A stretch of DNA of 64,000 nt from a virus, in the IMG/VR virus record IMGVR_UViG_3300050505_000421, positions 26,579 to 90,578 of that record. One strand, written 5' to 3'. Shown here in pieces: positions 1 through 9,378 of the stretch. The translations under genes were made by a program, and so were the position numbers. Under the pieces are notes generated by a model. The model did not search any database. It was not told the origin of the DNA and saw nothing but the letters and a program-made list of their open reading frames with translations. Every line of letters begins with the position of its first letter. Positions within the stretch are counted from its first letter, which is position 1.

Positions 1-2
1 CT

Positions 3-197
3 GAGCTCCGGCGCTGGGACGTAACCGTGTGGGTGGCCTTGGCCAGTGCGCTGGCAGGTGGTGTGATCGGACAGGGACTGTGCGCTCTCGTCGGGTTTCC
101 GCCAACCTGGCTGGGCTTTGGCGTCAGCGCAACGGTCGGTTTTCTCGCGGCGCTGCTCGAGCGGCGCGCCGGACTCTTTCGGAGGCATCGGACATGA
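3..197 (+). CDS. partial (5'-truncated) membrane protein
   Basis: Open frame from window edge, ELRRWDVTVWVALASALAGG...RRHRT*, two hydrophobic stretches; ATGA overlap with next gene. Confidence 0.6.
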   Translation, partial: ELRRWDVTVWVALASALAGGVIGQGLCALVGFPPTWLGFGVSATVGFLAALLERRAGLFRRHRT

Positions 198-547
198 ACA
201 TCTTCTTCCTTGTGTTTGGTGGCTGGCTTCTTGGTGGCTTCCTGACGTACATCGCTGCATTCGGGCGGATGAACGATCAGGACATCGTGGTGTTCCTGGA
301 TGGCGCGCCCCTGGGGGGCGTGGCTGCGATGATCGCGGTGGCGTGGCCCTTCTTCGCCGGCGGGGAACTCCTGCATCGCGCTACCCGCAACTCCGAGGAG
401 GCGTGCCGCGAGATGATCTCCAAGCTCACCAAGTTGCAGAACCGACTCGATGGTCGGAACTCCAAGTACTTCACACGCCTCGTGGCCCGCGACCTCGCGA
501 TGTTCGAGAGGCGCCTTGCCGCCACCATCGCGAAGAAGGCGCAGTAG
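194..547 (+). CDS. hypothetical membrane protein
   Basis: GGAGG at 181-185, ATG 194; MNIFFLVFGGWLL... with two hydrophobic segments. Confidence 0.7.
   Translation: MNIFFLVFGGWLLGGFLTYIAAFGRMNDQDIVVFLDGAPLGGVAAMIAVAWPFFAGGELLHRATRNSEEACREMISKLTKLQNRLDGRNSKYFTRLVARDLAMFERRLAATIAKKAQ
202..218 (+). repeat. 17-bp element, orientation A (exact, inside CDS start)
   Basis: CTTCTTCCTTGTGTTTG. Confidence 0.9.
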
Positions 548-549
548 TC

Positions 550-783
550 GTGTCCGACGAGACACTGAACCAGCGCTGCGTCTGGATCGTCGAGCGCATC
601 GTTGAGTTCGACGGCATGGACACCGTTTGCAAGGTCATCGGCGCGTTCGACAGCGAGGCGAAGGCGGTCGCCGAGAGCCAGCGGTTGAACGAGCGCGAGG
701 AAGCCGACGCAACGAGCAAGATCGCAAAGTACCAGTACGGTTTCACTATCACGTACCACTACTACGGTGTGGGGTTGCAGTGA
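550..783 (+). CDS. hypothetical protein
   Basis: GTG start after upstream stop; packed operon. Confidence 0.6.
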   Translation: MSDETLNQRCVWIVERIVEFDGMDTVCKVIGAFDSEAKAVAESQRLNEREEADATSKIAKYQYGFTITYHYYGVGLQ

Positions 784-977
784 GTGTCTACTTGGAGGTG
801 GAAATCACCGTCGACACACTTGTGAGGGCCTGCGACGCCTTGACACCGGAAGACCTCATTGCCCTCATCAAAGAACTCGACGCGAAGCGAGAGGATTGGG
901 ACGTGACGTTGCTCCTGTGTGAGCACTTCGAGAAACTGCGCGAGATCTATAAGAGGGAAGAAGAGATGTGCAAATGA
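780..977 (+). CDS. hypothetical protein
   Basis: GTGA overlap, acidic helical ORF. Confidence 0.6.
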   Translation: MSVYLEVEITVDTLVRACDALTPEDLIALIKELDAKREDWDVTLLLCEHFEKLREIYKREEEMCK

Positions 978-1186
978 GCACCCTTGGACTGCTCGTCGGT
1001 CAATTGCTGGTGATTGCCGACTTCCAGGCTTCCGTCCGCGGGAGTATCCATGTTGTCGAAGGCGCAGCACAGGACCGCGGTGTACCTGACAACATCATCG
1101 AGCGTTTGCAACAGGTACAGCGCGACCTGAAACCTGTTGTCAGAGAACTTCGATCGATCGCGGATGAACTCGAAGAGGAGGGCTAA
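974..1186 (+). CDS. hypothetical protein
   Basis: ATGA overlap. Confidence 0.6.
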   Translation: MSTLGLLVGQLLVIADFQASVRGSIHVVEGAAQDRGVPDNIIERLQQVQRDLKPVVRELRSIADELEEEG

Positions 1187-1189
1187 ACC

Positions 1190-1714
1190 GTGGGCCCGAG
1201 CAGACAACACAACTTCGGGACGATCTGTCCGTTGAACTGCTGGGGGGAGGTACGCTGCCCGTGTCTCTGTCACGGGGCGCAAGCCTACGCCGGCGCACCG
1301 GAGTTTGTCGGTAAGTGGGCCAGCCGTGAGGGCGGCAGCCACCACACCCGGCTGGTCATCACGGATTCAGCGACCAGTGAAGTCCTGGGCAAGGCCCCAA
1401 TCGCCGTTGGCTTCGTCGCGTTGTCCCGCGAGGGTACCGTCGAGTCAGAGCTCTACATGATGAACCTCTTCAACGGATCGTCCGCCATGGCCGAGATCAT
1501 CAAGACCTTCAACCCCGTGATGCAGCGGATCGACCTCGAGTACGCGCCGTCCTGGGAGCCAATCTTCACGCCGGCGCAGCGCCTCGAGAAGGCCGCGCGC
1601 TGGGTCGCGACGGCCCTCCGGGGCTCGGACAAGGGCCGCGACCTCCAACTCGAGAAAGATCTCATTCAGGTCCTTGCGCACCGGGTCAAGTTCGAGGGGC
1701 TGTACTTGAAGTAG
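1190..1714 (+). CDS. hypothetical protein with N-terminal Cys cluster
   Basis: CPLNC..CPCLCHG motif; GAGGAGG upstream. Confidence 0.65.
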   Translation: MGPSRQHNFGTICPLNCWGEVRCPCLCHGAQAYAGAPEFVGKWASREGGSHHTRLVITDSATSEVLGKAPIAVGFVALSREGTVESELYMMNLFNGSSAMAEIIKTFNPVMQRIDLEYAPSWEPIFTPAQRLEKAARWVATALRGSDKGRDLQLEKDLIQVLAHRVKFEGLYLK

Positions 1715-1721
1715 GTCCTCA

Positions 1722-1738
1722 CTTCTTCCTTGTGTTTG
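1722..1738 (+). repeat. 17-bp element A (exact)
   Basis: 7 nt after stop 1714. Confidence 0.95.
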
Positions 1739-1755
1739 GTTCAGGAGCAACGGCG

Positions 1756-2094
1756 ATGGACGTTCCGGAAAAATTGACTTGGAAAACCAAGGATGGGCGC
1801 GTCATTCCGATCGAGGAGATGTCGGACGGACACCTCCTCTGCACGCTGCGTTGGATGCGGCGGCACTGGCGGGTGAAGCTCGAGCACGTGAAGATTGGAG
1901 CCATGGCGGCGGGCTACGCTGCGACTGCGCCTGATGGAGCAGCGGTAGCTGCTTGCGATGCGATTGTTGAAGCATACGAGATTGCCTTTGGCGACCGCTT
2001 GGCACCGAACGAAACGACAGCGCGCGCCTTCCCACGCCCTTTCTGGGCGATGAAGGCGGAGGCGGACTACCGGGGGTTGAAAGAATACGAGTAG
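1756..2094 (+). CDS. hypothetical phage protein
   Basis: AGGAG upstream; WKTKDGRVIPIEEMSDGHL resembles a common small phage protein motif. Confidence 0.65.
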   Translation: MDVPEKLTWKTKDGRVIPIEEMSDGHLLCTLRWMRRHWRVKLEHVKIGAMAAGYAATAPDGAAVAACDAIVEAYEIAFGDRLAPNETTARAFPRPFWAMKAEADYRGLKEYE

Positions 2095-2112
2095 CGCGTT
2101 TTGTGTGTAGAC

Positions 2113-2129
2113 CAAACACAAGGAAGAAG
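2113..2129 (-). repeat. 17-bp element B (exact)
   Basis: CAAACACAAGGAAGAAG, 6 nt before ATG 2136. Confidence 0.95.
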
Positions 2130-2135
2130 GATCAT

Positions 2136-2435
2136 ATGAGCAGAACGCCGGGGGTTTGGGGCGCGACGAAGGAAGAGATCGAGGGGGGTGGTTGGACGAT
2201 CACGGCGCAAACCAGGGGCAAGCGTGTCGTGGTAGGCCGTGTTCTGCGACAGGTTGATGCGCGCCTTGTTGCGTTCGCACCTGACGTAGTTGACGCGGCG
2301 GTGGTCCTGCTCGACTGCTTGGAGCGAATGGACATTCCGGGCGTCGAGCGGAGTTCTATGTTGCAGGACGCGATGGAAACACTCGGGGGCTTCGTCGAGT
2401 GTGCACAGAACCCTGACGGCCTTGAGGACGAATGA
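2136..2435 (+). CDS. hypothetical phage protein (TPGxW-type)
   Basis: MSRTPGVW...DARLVAFAPD; preceded by motif B as RBS. Confidence 0.7.
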   Translation: MSRTPGVWGATKEEIEGGGWTITAQTRGKRVVVGRVLRQVDARLVAFAPDVVDAAVVLLDCLERMDIPGVERSSMLQDAMETLGGFVECAQNPDGLEDE

Positions 2436-2665
2436 GCGAGCCGCGCGCCATCGGCCGTTGCCTCGCCTGCGCTACGTGGGTCTACGGAGACGAATACCTG
2501 CCCGAGATGTGCCCGCAGCGCTACATCACGCCGCACACCGAGGCCTTCATGGATCTGGTGGCGCAGGAACTCGCAGCTGTGGATGCCTTGAAGGCACCAT
2601 CGCGTGTGCAGCACGAGGAGGCGATTCAGAAGGCACTGTTGCGGTACAACGAGGAGGAACGATGA
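2432..2665 (+). CDS. hypothetical protein
   Basis: ATGA overlaps; CxxC and CxxxH. Confidence 0.6.
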   Translation: MSEPRAIGRCLACATWVYGDEYLPEMCPQRYITPHTEAFMDLVAQELAAVDALKAPSRVQHEEAIQKALLRYNEEER

Positions 2666-3072
2666 CTGCGACGGCGCGCGAGATCCTGCAGAACGTCCGT
2701 GCGCAGATGGCGGCAGGAAACTGGTGCAAGAACACCTGGGTGCAGTACGTTCCGATTGCGGACCCCGCAGAGGCGGGTGGGCTTCCTGCGGAGATTAGAC
2801 GTGGGGTGGGCAATCAGGCCCCCGCGTACTACAAGGTACTGTGCTGTTTGCACTCAGCACTGGCGCGAGAGAGCACTAAGCGCGAAGGACCGTACGGTGG
2901 TCCCGCAGGCCACGAGGCCACTTGGGCCTTGTGGTTGAGCCTTCCGCAGGGCTTTGACAAAAGCATCCCTCGCTTCAACGATCACTCTACCACTGAGCTC
3001 AAGGACGTACTGGAGGTGCTGGACCTCGCCATTACACGGATTCAGAATCCTCCTCCCAGGGTTGGTGTGTAG
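2662..3072 (+). CDS. DUF6197-like phage protein
   Basis: WCKN...CCLHSAL...IPRFND...DVLEVLDLAI pattern; GAGGAGG RBS. Confidence 0.55.
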   Translation: MTATAREILQNVRAQMAAGNWCKNTWVQYVPIADPAEAGGLPAEIRRGVGNQAPAYYKVLCCLHSALARESTKREGPYGGPAGHEATWALWLSLPQGFDKSIPRFNDHSTTELKDVLEVLDLAITRIQNPPPRVGV

Positions 3073-3366
3073 ATGCCACTGCCGCTCGAGTCGATCCTTC
3101 GTATCGGGCTGTTCATGGAAGGGTCAACGCAAGGCGTCTCCTACTTCCCACTTGAAATCCTGCCGCACCCGCCTTGGTTCCACGTTGTTCGGCGAGAGTT
3201 CGTGGCATTATCGAACCGTACGCACGGACGTTGGCCGGGGAGGAAGGCGCTGCGCAGGGTTGCGCGCATCGCGAAGTGCCGTGTGAAGGATGTCGATGCG
3301 AGCCTGTACGTTTGGCCGTTGATCGCACGAGAAACGCAGGAGATGGAAGGAAGGATCGATGAGTAG
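3073..3366 (+). CDS. hypothetical protein
   Basis: Fills gap, abuts both neighbours. Confidence 0.5.
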   Translation: MPLPLESILRIGLFMEGSTQGVSYFPLEILPHPPWFHVVRREFVALSNRTHGRWPGRKALRRVARIAKCRVKDVDASLYVWPLIARETQEMEGRIDE

Positions 3367-3682
3367 CGACGACTTCAGCATCGGCAGCAAGAAGTGGCCG
3401 GGGATCTCCAAGCTGGTCGAGGAAGCCGGGGAGGTCCAGCAGGTCTGCGGGAAGCTCATCGGGGCGCGCGGCGAAACGTTGCACTGGGACGGTACCAACC
3501 TCCGGCAGCGCCTAGAGGAGGAACTGGGCGACTTGGTTGCTGCGATCGGTTTCGTCATCGAGCGCAACGGCCTCAACGAGGACGCGATCGAGCGCCGTTC
3601 CGTTGAGAAGCACAAGTTGTTTTGGGACTGGCAAGGTGAGCCGCTGGAAGAGCCTGGAGTACCGCCGACGGAGTTGAAGTGA
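3359..3682 (+). CDS. MazG-like nucleotide pyrophosphohydrolase
   Basis: KLVEEAGEV...LEEELGDL acidic motifs of the all-alpha NTP-PPase fold. Confidence 0.75.
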   Translation: MSSDDFSIGSKKWPGISKLVEEAGEVQQVCGKLIGARGETLHWDGTNLRQRLEEELGDLVAAIGFVIERNGLNEDAIERRSVEKHKLFWDWQGEPLEEPGVPPTELK

Positions 3683-4140
3683 CCGAACCGCGCCTCACGA
3701 TTGAGCTCGTGCCGAAGACAAGTTTCACAAAGAACGTACGGAATCTGGTCTCGGTCGCGGAGTGGGACCGCCTTCGCCATGCGGCGTACGCGTGTGCCGG
3801 GCACGCGTGTCTGATCTGCAGGGAGACGGGGCCTAAAGGTGTTCTCCACGCGCACGAGGTGTGGGAGTACACGATGCCTGCGGTGGCAGATCTTCCTGAG
3901 ACACCAGGGCGTCAGCGCTTGGTTGGTATCGCGGCTCTGTGCCCTGCCTGCCACAACGTCAAACACATCGGATTCGCGGGCATAATGGGACGGCTCGAAG
4001 AGGCTTTCGTTCATCTACAAAAGGTGAACGGGTGGTCGCGTGACGAGACGATGGACTACGTCGAGGCGTGCCTCGAGACTTGGAAGGCCCGTTCGAAGCG
4101 CCAGTGGCACGTGGACGTCTCGTTGCTTGGGAAACTGTGA
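3679..4140 (+). CDS. HNH (His-Me finger) endonuclease
   Basis: CLIC...LHAHEVWEY...LCPACHNVKH. Confidence 0.8.
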   Translation: MTEPRLTIELVPKTSFTKNVRNLVSVAEWDRLRHAAYACAGHACLICRETGPKGVLHAHEVWEYTMPAVADLPETPGRQRLVGIAALCPACHNVKHIGFAGIMGRLEEAFVHLQKVNGWSRDETMDYVEACLETWKARSKRQWHVDVSLLGKL

Positions 4141-4141
4141 A

Positions 4142-4678
4142 ATGCCGCGAACAGTGAAAGAAGTCTATCCGGAAGGGTGGAAAGAGCAGTACGACAGGAT
4201 CTCTCGGCTGGCGCGTAAGTTGGGCGTGCGTCTCTGCAAGCGTGTCGCCGCGGACAGCGCGCAGTGGAATGGACGTTCGATCGCGTTGTACGGCTTCGAA
4301 GGCGAACGCCTGTCACCGTCCGAGCTCATTCATGAGATCGCACACTGGCTGTGCGCCTCTCCTGCCCGCCGGCGCTTGTACGACTACGGTCTTGGGAGCG
4401 GGAACTTCTCCAACATGGCGGTGCGCCGTGTAGATGGGATAGACGATGATGAAGAGCAGGCCAGCCTGCTCGGGATCCTGTTCGAACGCGCCTTTGCCAT
4501 GAACTGGGAGCAGACCTGGGAGGACCACAACTGGGCGGGCCACAACCGGTGGGCGGAGTTGGGCGAATGCTCCTGGGAGGGGTACAGCAACTTCTGGTGC
4601 ACCCTCGCAACGTTATACAAGCGACGACTCGTCAGGCTAAACGGTACGCCACGAACACTCTTTTCTCCTTGTGTTTGA
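4142..4678 (+). CDS. EpmC (EF-P hydroxylase)-like HExxH metalloprotein
   Basis: HEIAHWLCASPARRRLYDYG closely follows the recalled EpmC/YfcM core HEISHWCIAGKARRELVDFG. Confidence 0.55.
   Translation: MPRTVKEVYPEGWKEQYDRISRLARKLGVRLCKRVAADSAQWNGRSIALYGFEGERLSPSELIHEIAHWLCASPARRRLYDYGLGSGNFSNMAVRRVDGIDDDEEQASLLGILFERAFAMNWEQTWEDHNWAGHNRWAELGECSWEGYSNFWCTLATLYKRRLVRLNGTPRTLFSPCV
4661..4677 (+). repeat. 17-bp element A (3 mismatches)
   Basis: TTTTCTCCTTGTGTTTG overlapping stop 4678. Confidence 0.8.
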
Positions 4679-4738
4679 CCTGCACGTGCTTTAGATAAGA
4701 TGGTGTAGACCCGTATGGGTCACGCGTGGGAGCGCGAC

Positions 4739-4972
4739 ATGAACGAAAACCAAAGCCGTCCGAAACCCGGCGAAATCTATCAGCATTTCAAGGGTTCGCA
4801 GTACGTCGTCGTAACGGTCGGCACGCACACCGAGACCGAGGAAGACTGCGTCGTCTATCACGGACGCGGGAGCGATAAAATCTGGATTCGGTCCCTGAAA
4901 ATGTGGAACGAGCAAGTGGACGGGAAGCCCCGGTTCCGCTTGGTCGAGGGCCCGTTGCCCTCGGTTGTTTGA
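4739..4972 (+). CDS. DUF1653 domain protein
   Basis: PGEIYQHFKGSQY...ETEEDCVVY...WIRSLKMW...RF. Confidence 0.85.
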   Translation: MNENQSRPKPGEIYQHFKGSQYVVVTVGTHTETEEDCVVYHGRGSDKIWIRSLKMWNEQVDGKPRFRLVEGPLPSVV

Positions 4973-4984
4973 AAGAGGTCTTCG

Positions 4985-5587
4985 ATGTACGAAACGCAGC
5001 GGAAGATCAGGGCTTGGATGCGCGCCGTGGAGCAGGTGGCGCCGGAGAAGCCGACGCTCGCGACGCACGAGGTCCGTGTACTGCGCGCGAAGCTAGTCCT
5101 CGAGGAGGCGCAGGAACTCGTGGACGCATTGGGCTTCTCCGTCAAGATCGAGCTCGATGTGCGAGATCCGAAAGAGCCGGACTTCGTCGAGACGATCGAT
5201 GCGCTGTGCGATTTGATGTACGTCGTGGAGGGCGCTGGCTGTGCTTTCGGCGTGGACCTCGAGGCTTTCTTCACGGAGGTCCACGACTCCAACTGTACGA
5301 AAATCGGTGGTTTGCGCAGGGAAGACGGCAAAGTCGTCAAGCCGCCTTGGTACCGCGTGCCCAACCTGCGGCCGATTCTCGAGGCGCAGATGGGGGATGG
5401 CTTCGTGTTGCCGACAGATGCGGCTGAACTGACGCGGGAGCTCCAATTGGTGCAGCAGGTCTCGCGCCTGCAGTTCGAGAAGAAGTTGTTGTACCAGGAG
5501 AACGAGTCGGTGTGGGAGCAACTGGCGGAAGCCAAGCGCCAACTGGCGGGGTTGAAGGCGGAGTTGAAGGGCGAGCCGGAGGACTAG
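4985..5587 (+). CDS. MazG/PRA-PH-like NTP pyrophosphohydrolase with coiled-coil tail
   Basis: LVLEEAQEL...DALCDLMYV...EVHDSNCTK...DGKVVKP. Confidence 0.85.
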   Translation: MYETQRKIRAWMRAVEQVAPEKPTLATHEVRVLRAKLVLEEAQELVDALGFSVKIELDVRDPKEPDFVETIDALCDLMYVVEGAGCAFGVDLEAFFTEVHDSNCTKIGGLRREDGKVVKPPWYRVPNLRPILEAQMGDGFVLPTDAAELTRELQLVQQVSRLQFEKKLLYQENESVWEQLAEAKRQLAGLKAELKGEPED

Positions 5588-5588
5588 C

Positions 5589-5774
5589 GTGGGTCCGATA
5601 CAGCACCTACGCCTCTGGTTGTGGAAGGCTTGGTCTCGAGGGCGTACGCGCCTTTGCGATTGCGGTTGGGTGCGCGCCGAGGACGAGAAGGCAGCGCGTG
5701 CGTATGCGCGTTCGGTTGTTGGCGGTCCCTGGAAAGAACTCGCGGCTGAATTCGAGATCCGCGAGATCGCGTAG
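5589..5774 (+). CDS. hypothetical protein
   Basis: Fills gap after GGAGG. Confidence 0.45.
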   Translation: MGPIQHLRLWLWKAWSRGRTRLCDCGWVRAEDEKAARAYARSVVGGPWKELAAEFEIREIA

Positions 5775-5784
5775 GGAAGGACAA

Positions 5785-6030
5785 ATGATCAAAGAGTTCG
5801 AAGTCACCGTCAAGCCGCCGGACACAGTGCCTTTGTACTGCCCGATGTGTGGCAGTCGGCACGGGTGTAGTGCCGCTGCGGACCTGGCCGCTGAGAACTG
5901 CGGCTCCTTGGGTCCTTGGCGTCCTGGTCACCACGTGTGTGTCTCGTGTGGCATCGTGTTCGCCATCTTTGCGATCGAAGATGGTGCGGTCCTGCACTAC
6001 TTTGGTAGTCGTGAAGGACTCGCCACATGA
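5785..6030 (+). CDS. small zinc-finger protein
   Basis: CPMC...CVSC; GGAAGG RBS. Confidence 0.65.
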   Translation: MIKEFEVTVKPPDTVPLYCPMCGSRHGCSAAADLAAENCGSLGPWRPGHHVCVSCGIVFAIFAIEDGAVLHYFGSREGLAT

Positions 6031-6281
6031 GTCGCGTGCCTTACGTCACTGGTTGCGGAATCTGGCCGGGCTCACCTGTTACCCAGAAACTTGTCGGGCG
6101 GCTGCACGAACGTTGCGAGGAGGTTTTGCGCAACGTCAATCCCGACGCGGTTCGCGGGGCCATTCTGCGTGAGATGCGAATGGTCAAGGCTGTGCTCAAG
6201 GAAGAGTATGGTATCGATGCCGACGGTATCTATGTGACAGTCACAGATGGAACCGCGGCTGAAAGGATCGACTTGCCATGA
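6027..6281 (+). CDS. hypothetical protein
   Basis: ATGA overlaps both ends. Confidence 0.6.
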   Translation: MSRVPYVTGCGIWPGSPVTQKLVGRLHERCEEVLRNVNPDAVRGAILREMRMVKAVLKEEYGIDADGIYVTVTDGTAAERIDLP

Positions 6282-6478
6282 AGAAGGGCGGCTGTGTAGT
6301 GGAGTTCTACATCGACAAGGATTTGGACGGGGGCGAGTGTTGGGAAGGTCCCTTCAAGACGGAGAAGAAAGCGCGCGCCCGCTTGAAAGAATATCTCAAG
6401 GCGGATACCGAGGCCGGTCGCCGTGCGTGGGGGCAGGTCTTCTACGTCGTGAAGCAGACGCGGGAGAGGATTTCGTGA
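6278..6478 (+). CDS. hypothetical protein
   Basis: ATGA/GTGA overlaps. Confidence 0.6.
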   Translation: MKKGGCVVEFYIDKDLDGGECWEGPFKTEKKARARLKEYLKADTEAGRRAWGQVFYVVKQTRERIS

Positions 6479-6840
6479 GTACTGAGCTGATCACTGCCGA
6501 ACGCGCCCTTACTTTGGCCCTCGACGCGCTGCTGACCGCGTTGACGCAAATGTCGGGGGGAGAGCCCTGCCCTGTCTGCGGCGGTGAGGGAGGCCTAGAG
6601 ACACGCGTCGCTGGAGATTGGGTGCCGTGCTGGCTGTGCGGTAAGACTGGTAGGCTGCCGCTCCTAGCGCCCGGCATCTGCGCGAGTTGCGGTCGTCCGT
6701 GTGAGGTATTTCACGAGATGGCGACTACTGACGGTTCACACCTCGTCTGCTTGTCCGTCAAGTATCCGGGCCACGCGGTTGGAGTCTTTGACCTGCGTTC
6801 GAGCCCGCTCCAGTGCGCTTGGCCGCGAGAGGCACGATGA
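6475..6840 (+). CDS. zinc-finger protein
   Basis: CPVCGGEG...CWLCGKTG, CASC. Confidence 0.6.
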   Translation: MSTELITAERALTLALDALLTALTQMSGGEPCPVCGGEGGLETRVAGDWVPCWLCGKTGRLPLLAPGICASCGRPCEVFHEMATTDGSHLVCLSVKYPGHAVGVFDLRSSPLQCAWPREAR

Positions 6841-7238
6841 ACAACGACCAGAATATTTGCACCTGCAATCTGGAATTGACCATGATGCAGCACGAACCGG
6901 AGTGTCCAGCGGTTCGGTTCGGAAGATCGAAGCCGGATGTGAAAGTCGATGCGACAAAGCATTGCAAGACCTGCGTCTGTGAGAGGCGTGCTCCAGTTCA
7001 GCAAGATCACGCGTGGAACGGACCGCAGGGCGGCCGAGTACTGCGCGGGCCGGGGACGATCGCTTGGGCGGAGCATGAATTGGCGTGGTCTGGCTACGCG
7101 GTTGCGTACGAGTCTTCCGCTCAGTCGCAGTCCGCGGAACAGAAGGCCCAACGCGGTGGTTTCAGTTACGGCGAGTTGATCATGTTCCTGGGCCGAGAAC
7201 CGACGACGTGGGTTCCGCGAGGAAGGGAACAGAAATGA
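6837..7238 (+). CDS. hypothetical Cys/His-rich protein
   Basis: CTC...HEPEC, HCKTCVC; ATGA overlaps. Confidence 0.6.
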   Translation: MNNDQNICTCNLELTMMQHEPECPAVRFGRSKPDVKVDATKHCKTCVCERRAPVQQDHAWNGPQGGRVLRGPGTIAWAEHELAWSGYAVAYESSAQSQSAEQKAQRGGFSYGELIMFLGREPTTWVPRGREQK

Positions 7239-8212
7239 GGGACGCTGCAAAGCAAGCGTGCTCGAAGTGCGGCGAGAACCACTTCGGGCTCCCCCATTGC
7301 GCGATGCCTGGGTGCGCGAACGCGGCAGATCCACGGTGGTACGACACGCAGGGGCATATGACCTGCGATGGACACTTCGTTCAGACGCCGGATGGCGCCG
7401 TCTCGCCGGAGTGTAGGTGTGCACCGGCGACAACACAGAATGGCGGTACGAACGAGAAGCTGAAGCTGGCGCACTTCCGGGCGCTGTGCGAGGTGGCAAG
7501 CCCGGGGCCGTGGTGTATGAAGGATTTTAGCCCTTATCTTCCTGTGAAGATTCTAGCGGCGCGGTCCAGCCTCGCGGTGAGCGCCCCGGAAATAGCGGGG
7601 GAAGTTTTTGTTGATGCCGAGTTCATCACCGCGTCCCGTGAGTGCGTGCCGCTCCTGTTCGCGCGGCTCGATGAGGGTGATCGCCTCTTAGTCGAGGCCT
7701 GTCGAATGTTCAACGCGACTGTCTCTGCACGGGACGTGGAGATCGAGCGCCTCCAGAACGAACTCGACAACGCCATCTCGGAGAGCGAAGAAGCAGGCGC
7801 CGACGATGAGTCGGTGCAGGCGGACCTTCAAAGCCAAATCACTTTCCTGGAGAAGGACGTCGAGCACTGGATGACGCGCGCCGAGGTGGCCGAGCACGAG
7901 CGCGACGCAGCGCTTGTCGAGGTTCAGCGCGTTCGGGACCTGATCGACCGCGACCGCACGGGGCTTGCTGCTGCACTCAACGAGGTCATCCGGTACCTGA
8001 GCGCGTACGCGTGGATCCCAAGCGGCGAGTGGGGCTCATACAACGAGTCGGAGCGGACCGAGCGAGCCCTCCGCAAGGAAATCGGCTGGTGCCACGACGC
8101 CGTGGAGAAGGTCGCACGCGAGGCACTCCAGGAGTCGGGGCGCCGCGCGCACCAGGCGTTCCATGCGCAGAGCGAGGCGAAGGCCGCACACGACGCCGAG
8201 GAGAAAACATGA
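7235..8212 (+). CDS. multidomain hypothetical protein (Cys-rich, xPGPW module, coiled coil)
   Basis: CSKC, ASPGPW...DAEFITASRE motif, long heptad-like C-terminus. Confidence 0.7.
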   Translation: MRDAAKQACSKCGENHFGLPHCAMPGCANAADPRWYDTQGHMTCDGHFVQTPDGAVSPECRCAPATTQNGGTNEKLKLAHFRALCEVASPGPWCMKDFSPYLPVKILAARSSLAVSAPEIAGEVFVDAEFITASRECVPLLFARLDEGDRLLVEACRMFNATVSARDVEIERLQNELDNAISESEEAGADDESVQADLQSQITFLEKDVEHWMTRAEVAEHERDAALVEVQRVRDLIDRDRTGLAAALNEVIRYLSAYAWIPSGEWGSYNESERTERALRKEIGWCHDAVEKVAREALQESGRRAHQAFHAQSEAKAAHDAEEKT

Positions 8213-8496
8213 ACCAAGTCTGTACTGGGTCTAATCGCTCTGCGAACGATGCACCGTGTGGGTCGATTAGCTACTACGATTCCACGTGTGGTGTCTGTAA
8301 GCAAACCGTACGCGCTCGGATCGTGGAAAATCCACTGGGTAATTACTTCGCGCTCGACGTGCATGCGTACCGGGTCGGCGACGATGAAACTGTACGCGCG
8401 CAGGTTCGGGAAGCAGCCGCGCGTTACGCGGCCGACAACAACTTACCGGCGCTCCTGTTGGCGCTGGGTGCGATTGGCGAGTGGGAGAAGCCATGA
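8209..8496 (+). CDS. hypothetical protein
   Basis: GAGGAG RBS, ATGA overlaps. Confidence 0.55.
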   Translation: MNQVCTGSNRSANDAPCGSISYYDSTCGVCKQTVRARIVENPLGNYFALDVHAYRVGDDETVRAQVREAAARYAADNNLPALLLALGAIGEWEKP

Positions 8497-8930
8497 GCGA
8501 CAAGCCAGTAACAATCCGTGAGCTTGTAAAGCGCTTCGTAGCGGACAGCGGCTTAGAGGAGAACGAGAATCGCGATGAATTGATTACCGCCCTGGAAGAG
8601 CGGGAGTACGAACTCTACGACGGCTGGACGGGCGCAGAGATGAACGACTACAACACGGTTAGCAAGCTAATCGAAATGGAAGAGCAGCGCGATCGCCTCG
8701 CCTTGGTACTGTCCGAGGCCAACCGCTCCCTCGGTGAACTGCGTCACGCCGCCAAGCTCGCCCTTGAAGAACTCGACACCGAGTACGTAGGTGGTCGCGA
8801 GGACACACAGGAAATTGCACAGTTTGCGCTGCGAAATGCACTCGAGGGCTCCGAATCGAAGGAAGACAGGGCGCGGCGCGAAGAGCTTGTGGCGCGGTTG
8901 GGGTGCGGAACGCCGAAAGGTGGCGAATGA
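8493..8930 (+). CDS. hypothetical acidic coiled-coil protein
   Basis: ATGA overlaps. Confidence 0.6.
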   Translation: MSDKPVTIRELVKRFVADSGLEENENRDELITALEEREYELYDGWTGAEMNDYNTVSKLIEMEEQRDRLALVLSEANRSLGELRHAAKLALEELDTEYVGGREDTQEIAQFALRNALEGSESKEDRARREELVARLGCGTPKGGE

Positions 8931-9124
8931 AGAAGCTCACACCAGCGCAGCGACGTGTGTTGGAACGCCTGGCCCGCGATGGCTCGTGGGCTTTCGGCTA
9001 CGAGTTTGGAGGTGTCCCGGCGTCGTTGCGGCACCGGGAGTTGGTGGTGGCGTCTGAACGCATGGGGCGCAACCGTATGTACAAAATCACGGATGCGGGA
9101 CGAGCCGCGTTGGAGGCGAAGTGA
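8927..9124 (+). CDS. small winged-helix DNA-binding protein
   Basis: LTPAQRRVL...YKITDAGRAAL pattern. Confidence 0.6.
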   Translation: MKKLTPAQRRVLERLARDGSWAFGYEFGGVPASLRHRELVVASERMGRNRMYKITDAGRAALEAK

Positions 9125-9378
9125 CCAAGGAAGAACGTAAGCGAATTGCCGATGCGGCTATCCACACCGCGCTCACCAACGAAATCCTCGCGAATCGAAA
9201 GTGGAGCATCGTTGGCTGCGAGATGTGTGTGTTCCTTGAACCGCTTCCGGGCGGTGGTCACTCCAGTACGCCGGTCGCTACGAAGATCGCCGCGTTGATG
9301 GCGGAGGTACTGGAGTGGAGAAGCCGCGCGTCGCAGCACGGTTGTAACGTGATTGAGGGTGACGGAGAGTGTGGATGA
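9121..9378 (+). CDS. hypothetical protein
   Basis: GTGA/ATGA overlaps. Confidence 0.55.
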   Translation: MTKEERKRIADAAIHTALTNEILANRKWSIVGCEMCVFLEPLPGGGHSSTPVATKIAALMAEVLEWRSRASQHGCNVIEGDGECG

